A stretch of DNA of 20,000 nucleotides from Coniocarpon cinnabarinum (Eukaryota): NCBI GenBank assembly GCA_051942205.1, contig JAVECO010000122.1, positions 51,573 through 71,572 on the forward strand, read 5' to 3'. The stretch's first letter is position 1; every line of letters starts with the position of its first letter. Under the pieces are notes generated by a model. It was not told the origin of the DNA. It did not search any database and worked only from the letters and a program-made list of their open reading frames with translations. The position numbers and the translations under genes were made by a program. This document shows positions 9,092 through 17,390 of this stretch, piece after piece.

Positions 9092-10108
9092 ATGACGGAT
9101 TCCCCATACGTAGCAGAGACAAGTCCGCTCCCTGGTGCGCGTGAGGTTTCAGGCCTTCGCTGCGTCAGATGCACTAAGAAGCACATTGGCTGTGACCGTC
9201 TCATGGGACGATCGCCGTGTGGGCCTTGTGAGAAGGCGAACGCAGAGTGTACACCCAGAGAAAGACCCTCAAAATACACATCCTTCTCTCACGTGCGAGA
9301 TTCTCCCGAGCCGCAACGGAATCCGCAAGGGTTATCACCCCAGGCAAATGCTAGGATCAATTCCGCGACCGAATTACCAGCTGCACTCCCGTTTATGAGA
9401 AATGTTCCGAAAGAAACCGTATTTAGGGATCAGAATATGGCTCCACGCAACGATGAAGCGTCGACTTTTACTCCCCAAACGCACCTCGCCCGAGAAGTAG
9501 ACGCCATCTCTACGTCGGGTGATGATTCTGACACGCCCTCATTTTCAGAACGCATAGTGAAACGTAAACGTAACCATGGAAAAGCTGTGCATGAGGACGT
9601 GAACGCCAGCGAGCCAGTCAGCAAAAGCCAAAAGACATCCAGAAACGATCGAGCGAGCTCGAATGACATATCCAGATGCATTCACGGTAATATTGGCCCT
9701 ACTATAGAAGTGCGTTCCAATCCGATTCAAGCCCCGCACCTATCATCGGAGGACACTACTGGTATCAGGGACTTTCAAGACGATGTTCTATGGCAAGCAT
9801 TCCGTGGAGGTTCCAGCTTTGGAGCTATGGGCCCCTCGCCTGTCGAAACTCCGCAAACACCAAAGCCGCCTTCTCGTAGCGGGGACAGTCATGACATGGT
9901 GCGCGTATTGAACGTCATGACATACGAAGAAGCTCAACCACACGAAGAAGCTCTACAAAACGTACTGGAGTCCATACGCGCGAAGTTTGGCGATCGTAAT
10001 ATGTGGGCTATTCACAGGAAGGTGACAAGATCAATGGAGCGTAGTCAAAACAACGAAGGTAGAGGTGGCCAGTGCAGCGCTTCAGACAAAAGAGATGGTT
10101 CGATGTAA
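9092..10108 (+). CDS. Zn(II)2Cys6 binuclear-cluster protein, 338 aa (copy B), paralog of 7296-8312
   Basis: CVRC-TKKHIG-C-DRLMGRSP-CGPC-EKANAE-C (9161-9250) fits C-x2-C-x6-C-x5-12-C-x2-C-x6-8-C; NLS-like VKRKR; C-terminal ALQNVLESIRAKFGDRNMWAIHRKV; good start context (caacATGA). Confidence 0.88.
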   Translation: MTDSPYVAETSPLPGAREVSGLRCVRCTKKHIGCDRLMGRSPCGPCEKANAECTPRERPSKYTSFSHVRDSPEPQRNPQGLSPQANARINSATELPAALPFMRNVPKETVFRDQNMAPRNDEASTFTPQTHLAREVDAISTSGDDSDTPSFSERIVKRKRNHGKAVHEDVNASEPVSKSQKTSRNDRASSNDISRCIHGNIGPTIEVRSNPIQAPHLSSEDTTGIRDFQDDVLWQAFRGGSSFGAMGPSPVETPQTPKPPSRSGDSHDMVRVLNVMTYEEAQPHEEALQNVLESIRAKFGDRNMWAIHRKVTRSMERSQNNEGRGGQCSASDKRDGSM

Positions 10109-10487
10109 AGTATACTAAATTGATACTGGCACCGCTATCTGAAGGTGTTTTCGAGGTGGGTCAACAGCGACCACACCTGTGTTCAGATCGTGAAACAAAA
10201 GTTTTTCATGCATATCAACAAATCTTGAGCTGAAGGGCGAAGAACTCAAAATCTCTGTGGGTAATTGAAAATGTTTTCTGTCTTATCGTAAGAGGACTGT
10301 CACATGTTTTGTACAGCTTTTCGGCCAAGGCCGAGATTGGTAAGTGGTAATTTCTGGGTTGGGCTCCCCCAAATCGGGACAGCAAAGCGCAATGTCGGTA
10401 TATGCGCTATTGGTATATGTGATCGGAGGGGGAGATGACTAAGCGCTCACCTCATCTACGAGCGTAACCTTGCGTTCTTAATTACAG

Positions 10488-10739
10488 CCTTGCCTCTGTA
10501 ATCGAGTGACGCATCATGCGACGTCAGCTGACCATTTTCCACGAGATGATCATCGTGCAAGGACAGTCTCTCTATTCGCACGCTCTCAACACCTTCGACA
10601 GCTACCAGGCTCAATACACAGAGAATTTGGAAACAAGAAGATGAAAGCCCTTCTCAAGCAAGCAAGGGACAAACTTGCGGTACAAACCCCACGCGACACA
10701 GGCAGACGGCCATGACGAAGGACTTCGTGTAGAGCAAGA
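10488..10739 (+). pseudogene. Third, truncated and frameshifted copy (copy C) of the 7296-8312 C-terminal region; possibly expressed as a short spliced protein
   Basis: Translation SLFARSQHLRQLPGSIHREFGNKKMKALL aligns with AILKRTKALQEMLEAIREDFGESNMWHIH of copy A. 10713-10739 matches 8293-8319 at 23/27 nt, including the homologous stop (AMTKDFV* vs AVTKDLK*), which is now out of frame with the module. Confidence 0.65.
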
Positions 10740-11756
10740 CAAAGACGAGAGAGAAGCGATATTTAATTTATAATCGAACGACGACCAAGTGCGTGTCTTC
10801 TTAGCCAGTACAGGTCCACTAGCATCATGAACGGCTTTCAGAATAAGGCCTTGTGAGTTAATTTCCCTTTCGTTACCGACCAATCGACTCCACAAGTCAA
10901 AGGCCCGCTGACCTCTGAAGAGCGCCGGACATCTAATCTGACTGCCGAGAAATTCTGAAGCCATCGCCACAGGAGTCTGGCACGACAGTATATGCCCCAA
11001 CATAATACAGTGCTCTGTAAGGCACAGAGCTGGTTCGCCGTCATGCCCATTGCTTAGTGACCAAATATTTCTTTCTGATATGGGCTGTTTCCCTGAAGCC
11101 GTGCATCGCTTCATTTCGCAACATTCAGCAACATTTTTTATCTTGCCGACCTCGACACCGTTAATCCGACGGAGACTCACATCCACACAAACCAAGCGCC
11201 ATTACAGCGCCGCCCAGCGTAGTTCAAGCAGGAATGGTTCAAAACCTCGTCCGATTGGACTGTTCGAAAATGGCCGAGGCGACGCCCAATGTGAAGGGCA
11301 TCGACACCACTGAGCAGATTGTGAAGCTCATTTAGGTGACTCACCCGTCGGAGCAGCAGCGCCGGACATGCCGCGGTTTCGCGTCCTTTAAAACCACATC
11401 TCTTTCAACTGCTCAAACAACGCCCAAACCAACGCGGACGTCAAGACCCTCGACATGGCCAACTCATTGATCAAGCAAAATCAATCATACCAAGCGCTGG
11501 ACGTACGGACTCGTGGGTAGTCAACCACTGGCTAGGTAATTCATGTCACGCCGAGATGATTCCAACCAAGGTAGAAGATGTGGACCAGAATCGGCCATGG
11601 GTAGTGAAATAGCTTCGAAGACGGTTAAGGAATGACACTTGAACTTGGGCTTTATGGCCGTAAATTAATGCACAAAGATGTATATAGTACAGTAGTCGAC
11701 TGTGTAGAGCCTCCCCAAATCTATGAACAAAGTCATGAGCAGCGAGACCGAGACCA

Positions 11757-14645
11757 TCACCTTCCCAAGATCCAGTCCGCAAAAGTCCTCTTCTTCGTCT
11801 TCGTCTTCTCCTCTCCAGCCTTATGTGCATCTTCATCCCAGACCGTTTTCGCACTGTATCCTTTACTTCTTTCGTCTTCGTCCTTCGCTTCGACCTCTTC
11901 TCGGTATTTCTTGCCCTCGGCCGTGATGCGTCGCAGGATGTTTTTGAAATAGTCCATGTCGCGGTCTTTCTTCTTCTCTTCGCCGAGCTCCTTGGATCGG
12001 CGCGCCTTGCACATGTTGTACAGTGTCCAGGCGCGCTTCGGGTTGTCGATGGGGAGAAGCGAATAGCGGATCTCCCAATTGTCCTCGGCAGTGAAGGGGT
12101 TGCGAGGGCGGGTGACATATTTGCCGTTGACGCGGTTTGATATAGTAAGGACGTAGGCGGCGAGGGGACCCGCATCAGGTTCCGGTGAAGCTGCTTGAGA
12201 GTCGGAGTTTGAGGTTTGTTCTTTGGAGGAATCGGCTGTGGCGTTTGCTCCATTGTGGCGCATTGCGTCAGCAATGGATGAACCGGCTATGTCACCCTCT
12301 TGGGAGGTTTTTGAATGCTGGCCTGCAGAGTGCGCCATAAGTTTAGACGTCATGTCTTGCTCGACATTGTCAGCAGCATCCGCAAGGCTACCTTCTTTTG
12401 ACGGGTTATCTTGCTCAGTGTGTTCCCGATTCGATGCTGACTGGCCTTCCTCAGTAGGTGCCCCGTGCAGGATTGATCTTTCCCACTCCCGGATCTTTTC
12501 CTTGTTGGCATCTTGGATGGACTCTGCCTGTCCTTCGGTCACTGGCTCCGCAAATACGTACATGAACGGCACGGCTGTAGCAGATGGTCTAGTCTCGAAG
12601 TGCAGACGTAGACTGGTTTTCGGAAACTTTTCGGTGACCTTGCCGAAGATATCATTCAAGAGCTGGAGGCTTAGCCGAAATTCATGATCCCCCAGCGTAC
12701 GATTCCATTGTCCGTGGAGAGCATGGTCCATCTCCTCCAGACTGATATACTGGAATCCGAAAATGCGTGCAATATTGTGAAATGCCACGAAGATGCCATC
12801 CATGCGTCCCATTCGAACTTGCAACGAATACTTCAGCATGGTAGAACGGATCATATCGTGGTATTCACGCTCGAAAGACTGCCATTCTCCAGCAAGAGAC
12901 CGGATCTCGTAGTCCATGCCCCACTCGTAGTCCCCTGAATCCATCCGAATCGGCACTACCGCTCGTGTTTTCAAGTCGAAGATACCAGAACCCGGAAGAC
13001 GAGAGTCTTGTGCATCAAGCTGTGATCGCAAGACGAAGTCGCCGAGTGTAGAGTAGTGGAAAGCTTCAGGCTCAGAACGCTCTTTCTCGGTGATGGGATC
13101 TTCGCTGCCAACTTTGTGGCGTAGGAAACTTTGTTTACCGACAGTAAGAAGCTTCTCCATGTATCGGCCCATCAAGCTCAGTATGTTGGCGCTGTCGAAG
13201 AATTTGTCAGAGTCTGTGGCATACACGCCGTCCTTGTATCTCAAGAAGATGGCATCAGGCGCTCGTTGCAGTCGCGTGAACGATGTCAACAAAGTAGGGA
13301 AGGCTTTGGACAGCATGTTGAAATTTATAGGTCGCCACTGAGACAGGAGGTAGTGGAAGTGCTTCAAGGTTCCAGTTAAACTTGATGTAGATGCAACATA
13401 TTTTTTTGCGGATTCTTGGGCAATTCTAGCAAGATTATGGTCTTTGGAGGGTGGTGTAAAAAGGTTCAGCGTGTCAAAATTGAATTCTTGGATAGGCATC
13501 AGCTTTTCCAAATGAGGGTCGAAGTTGTAAGTGCGTGTGCGAGGGTCGCGAACATGATAAACGCCGGGATTGAACAGAACTCGCTCTAGACCGTGAGCTA
13601 GCTGCGCGACGGGAGGTTGTTTAACGGGGATAGTGTCAAGCACAAGATCGTTGGCCTTCATGCGCGGCAGATGCTCGTCAGATGTTAGGGAGCCTTTCTT
13701 CTTGGCGTCTTTGGTCCCAATACCCACTGCAGCCATCGTCGCTTCTTGTAAGCTGCTAGGGCTTGGCTCGCGGCTTTTCTTTCGTGCACGTGGCTTCCGT
13801 GACGCAGTCTCCTCGCTACCCTTACCAAGGTCGGCAACGCGCTGTCTCTCATGCTCGATCCGAGTCGGGTCGAGTTCGTCCTTACTCTTTACCTTTTGCA
13901 AGCGCAGTGGCCGCTTGGCTTGCGGCGTACGCGCTTGCAACTGCCCCAGAATTTTGCGGAATCCCTTGCCTAGTTTGCGAAGTTTATGTATATCAGATGT
14001 TCCGACGATTTTCCTGATACGCCGAGCACTAATGCCAGCGGGTAGCTCTCGTGATTCATATCTTTGAAGTATGCTACGAATCTTTTTCGAGTCAGCAGCG
14101 CCCTTGTCCACATTTTTCGACAGAGGTTTCGAAGAACCTGAGTCGTCGATGTTCTGCTCTTCGCTCTGTCCAGTGTTGGCAGAACGAGAGCCTCGCGGCT
14201 TCCTTTTCGGTGGTGGAATGGCATCATCGCTCTTGCTTGAACTTTTTAGGGAGGCCTTGGTCTTGGGCGAGCTCTTTGGCTTGCCGGAATCACCCTCTGC
14301 TGCTGTTGCAACATGCGTAGCAGTCTCACTGACACCATCTTGACTGGTGAGATCCCCTGGAGCTTGTTTTGGAGACTTTCTGGTGCGAGGTGTCTTGGGG
14401 TCTTCTTTCTCTGTAGCTGTCTTCTTCCCAAACGATTTTGGTAATGAGGTGCTATTTTCCTTTCCTGGATTTTCAGCTTCCTTAATAGTCTTTGTGTCAT
14501 GCAAGGAACGTTTGGACTGCGCTTTAGTAGCGTATGGGTGGACTTGACGGATGCTGATCTGGATACTGCGTTCCTTGAGGCGACACGAAAGGCAGATGTA
14601 GACAGTTGATTGCGTCAAAGAGCGCGCAGAGAAAGCTTTGTGCAT
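11757..14645 (-). CDS. PET127: Mitochondrial RNA 5'-processing exonuclease Pet127, 962 aa, intronless
   Basis: Family motifs LAHGLERVLFNPGVY, YVASTSSLTG.L.HFHYLLSQWR, LRSQLDA.D.RLPG.GIFDLKTRAV, FEREYHDMIRS.MLKYSLQVRMGRMDGIFVAFHN and FGFQYISLEEMD; basic/Ser-rich presequence-like N-terminus. Confidence 0.95.
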   Translation of the reverse strand: MHKAFSARSLTQSTVYICLSCRLKERSIQISIRQVHPYATKAQSKRSLHDTKTIKEAENPGKENSTSLPKSFGKKTATEKEDPKTPRTRKSPKQAPGDLTSQDGVSETATHVATAAEGDSGKPKSSPKTKASLKSSSKSDDAIPPPKRKPRGSRSANTGQSEEQNIDDSGSSKPLSKNVDKGAADSKKIRSILQRYESRELPAGISARRIRKIVGTSDIHKLRKLGKGFRKILGQLQARTPQAKRPLRLQKVKSKDELDPTRIEHERQRVADLGKGSEETASRKPRARKKSREPSPSSLQEATMAAVGIGTKDAKKKGSLTSDEHLPRMKANDLVLDTIPVKQPPVAQLAHGLERVLFNPGVYHVRDPRTRTYNFDPHLEKLMPIQEFNFDTLNLFTPPSKDHNLARIAQESAKKYVASTSSLTGTLKHFHYLLSQWRPINFNMLSKAFPTLLTSFTRLQRAPDAIFLRYKDGVYATDSDKFFDSANILSLMGRYMEKLLTVGKQSFLRHKVGSEDPITEKERSEPEAFHYSTLGDFVLRSQLDAQDSRLPGSGIFDLKTRAVVPIRMDSGDYEWGMDYEIRSLAGEWQSFEREYHDMIRSTMLKYSLQVRMGRMDGIFVAFHNIARIFGFQYISLEEMDHALHGQWNRTLGDHEFRLSLQLLNDIFGKVTEKFPKTSLRLHFETRPSATAVPFMYVFAEPVTEGQAESIQDANKEKIREWERSILHGAPTEEGQSASNREHTEQDNPSKEGSLADAADNVEQDMTSKLMAHSAGQHSKTSQEGDIAGSSIADAMRHNGANATADSSKEQTSNSDSQAASPEPDAGPLAAYVLTISNRVNGKYVTRPRNPFTAEDNWEIRYSLLPIDNPKRAWTLYNMCKARRSKELGEEKKKDRDMDYFKNILRRITAEGKKYREEVEAKDEDERSKGYSAKTVWDEDAHKAGEEKTKTKKRTFADWILGR

Positions 14646-14819
14646 GGGAAACTACAAAGTTGTTGGAAGGGGTGGAAATTTGCAGAAGCGAAAAAAGTCA
14701 CTGTGATTTGACGTCGCGTAGTCGCGTTTGCGGACGATGATGACGCCAAGAAAGCAGCCAATGCTTTGCCGCAACCTCTCCCTCGGGGCTTCTAGCGTTC
14801 CTTAACATTTGGTATCGGA
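14646..14819. promoter_or_regulatory. Compact (174 bp) bidirectional promoter region between PET127 and the Rcf-like gene
   Basis: Head-to-head ATGs at 14645 (-) and 14820 (+); contains TGACGTC (14709-14715) and a direct repeat GTCGCGT at 14713-14719 and 14721-14727. Confidence 0.55.
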
Positions 14820-15223
14820 ATGCCCAGACACGGTCAACTGAGCAGTGATGATGAAATTCATGCTGGCGGTCAAGAAGCACTGAAAGGCGCTCTGCATGGC
14901 GCGGCTGTCGTGAGTTTTGGCGACTGAATCGCACAGCTTCGTCAAGTTCGAACATCACGATGGTTGACAATTTCTGACAGTGGGGAATACCATTCCTCGT
15001 TGGCGGTGCTGCTGCTCACACATTTTGGCCTCTATATCGGAACTTGACGTTTCAGTTCAAAGTCTACATCCAGATGTCCGGCATGACTGTTGGAGGCATG
15101 ATTGAAGCAGATCGTCGCTTACGGGACTTTGAAACACGCGCTCGGCGCATGAGGAAGCTTAAAAGGGACCAAGATGTCTGGCGAAAATTTGAAGAAGACT
15201 TCGAAGAAGGAAAAGGACGTTGA
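14820..15223 (+). CDS. Small (110 aa) two-TM protein resembling the N-terminal half of Rcf2 / Rcf3 (probable mitochondrial inner-membrane protein); exons 14820-14909 and 14981-15223
   Basis: Phase-0 intron 14910-14980 (GTGAGT...TTGAC...CAG). Spliced product MPRHGQLSSDDEIHAGGQEALKGALHGAAV|WGIPFLVGGAAAHTFWPLYRNLTFQFKVYIQMSGMTVGGMIEADRRLRDFETRARRMRKLKRDQDVWRKFEEDFEEGKGR*. The P.YR.LT.QFK..IQMS.M..GG.IEAD pattern recalls a conserved fungal family. Not present in the ORF track. Confidence 0.85.
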
Positions 15224-17390
15224 CGATCGCAATCTAGACTTGCAATCATTCGCTACCTGCACTCGAAGCTTGCATTTTCATTCCAGGATTTGGGATGAGC
15301 AACACTCAGTCTAGAGAGCTGCTCGCAGCCTTGCAATATTCTTGAGGTTGCACTCAATCGTCCTGACCATTCGGTCCAAATTTAAGATCCGCGAGCAAGG
15401 CAATACATGCACACATTCCCAAAATGGATCACATGCTGGAACCGGCTCTGCCGCTGCATATCATTGATGTAGAAACGCATAGCGTGCTCAAAGCCACGAC
15501 AGGACTCACGAAAGGACTCAACAGTCTCCAGGAATCAGACTCGCGGTCTCAAATTCAGGGAAAACAGAGAACATGGACTCCTGCTCTTGGAGCTTCACTG
15601 CATGCTCGAGTACACCAGTCAAGCGCCTGGCGTACTTTCGTTCTTATGTAAATCGCGCTTTGAGTCGTGGTAGTTGAATTGTTTGTGAGAATTGTCCCAC
15701 AAATAGTGAGGTGCAAACGCTCAATTGTCAGCGCATAATAATCTAGTGACAGTTCTTCAAATATGGACACACCATCACGACTTGATGAACTTTCAATATA
15801 TTTAGGGCGGCAACTTCAACGATGAGGATTTGTTGCCAGCTCCATTTTTGCGGATGTAAATTTTGCTAAAGCAATGAAGCACCGCTGAAAAACTCATCCT
15901 AGGCTTTGTGATAACACGTGATGTCTTAATCATTATACCGCATATAGCAAGGTGTGATATGACTCTTACCTCCCACTGTAGACTCCTTCTACAGTAGCTA
16001 CTTTACGCATTCATTGCTTGCTGATCCGGTGGGCCATGAGCGAGCCTGGCAGCATGCGCAGCTATCCTCGACAAGCAACGCTCGGTTTCGACCATCATCG
16101 GTCTCTTCCTCGTCTCTTGATTCTCGCGCAGGCGCTAAGACTTTCAAATGAAGCTGCCGAGAGGTGTTGAGAGTCGTCCAGGTGGCAGCATTAAGGGCAG
16201 AGATCTATCTCCGCGAAGTGGTACCAGTAGGCGTTGAAAGTCTCGTGCTAATCGGGCATCGATGGAAACCCTTCTCCATCAATGCTGACTGGGATGACGG
16301 ACCATTTGCACTAACAGACGTGGCCGGCCTTGCTCAACAGGTTATTTGCAAACCCGTCTAACAGTTGCAGGAGAATTAAGGCTTAGCACATCGTGCAAAC
16401 TATCGCTATGGATTACAATGTGTAAAATGTTGTTCTCTCGGCCTGGGTACTCAATCTGCAAAAGTGGCTCTCTCGGGACAAGATCTGATGTCGAAGAATA
16501 TACAGCGCGTGCGGCCACCAACTATATTGTATCAACCCGGACTTCCCTGGTATGCTCGAGAGCCATTGTTGAGTGAGAAATCGTTAGGGGATCGGATGGA
16601 CGGGAATGGGTAATCAGCGACGATGTTTCGAAGAGCGGGAGATCACATGATGCCAAGCACTCCGCTCCATACCGACATTTGGGTGAAGCGTTCATACTGG
16701 CAGAGGCGAACACACTTGCCCTATTCAACACCATCAAGCGAGCAGCGCCCAGAAAAAGAATGTCAATAGTCTCGTTGAGAGAATGAAAGTGCTCTCGGCA
16801 GCAAGCGATCCCGGTTGCAAACCGGACCTTGGCGTTGGAGGTTGCACTGCTTCTTTACAATCGTTAGTCTTCGCACGTTGAGTGCCCTGCCGTTCACCTC
16901 TTTGGCAGCACCGCATGGTAGCTGGCTATTCTTTCCTTTCCACAACTTTACATTCGATACTGAGCTTGGGCGTCGCACCGTGTAGGGTGCCAAAACATAC
17001 CATACCGTCCTTGCATGAGACCGCTCCCCTAGACTTCATCTTCTCCAAACTGCTACCTCCAGACACGTTGCTACACATCCTACCTCGAACGGCCAAGCTC
17101 CTCCGCAACGCATCGAGAATCGTACGTTGAAGGTGTCGCATGTGATATTGGATCTTCTCTCGGGGTTCGTCGCTCTCGTGTCAATGCTTCGATCCGTCCA
17201 GCCTTGGGACCCGTACACTCACTAGCTCCGGATTCGCTTCGCTACTTCCACATCTATCCGAACCGCAATTCCGCATCTCAAACCCGCCACCATATCTATC
17301 AAACACCTCATCGCCAAACCCCATGCTCCGCGCACAGCATCAAGGCTGATTAGCAGGAAGGCCTGAGAAACTTGGGACTCACTCCCCAGC

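Noticed and set aside
7296..10108. Genes A and B are both exactly 338 aa (1017 nt)
   Set aside because: The homologous blocks sit at different residue offsets (139 vs 67, 168 vs 140, 294 vs 287), so the equal length looks coincidental rather than a sign of recent exact duplication.
10630..10830. Resemblance to a SNF2 helicase C-terminal remnant (KMKALLK...; EREAIFNL*SNDDQVRVFLAST)
   Set aside because: The first part is better explained by protein and nucleotide homology to gene A, and no GLNL or QAxxRxxRxGQ motifs follow.
10611..11195. 194-aa minus-strand ORF
   Set aside because: Non-ATG start, no recognisable motif, and it overlaps copy C on the opposite strand.
15224..17390. Telomerase RNA or snRNA/snoRNA in the long spacer
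   Set aside because: No 1.5-repeat template such as TAACCCTAA on either strand (only CCCCTAAC near 16583-16590) and no U1/U2/U5/U6 hallmarks. The TGATGA...CTGA pair at about 15783-15888 has no guide sequence I can recognise.
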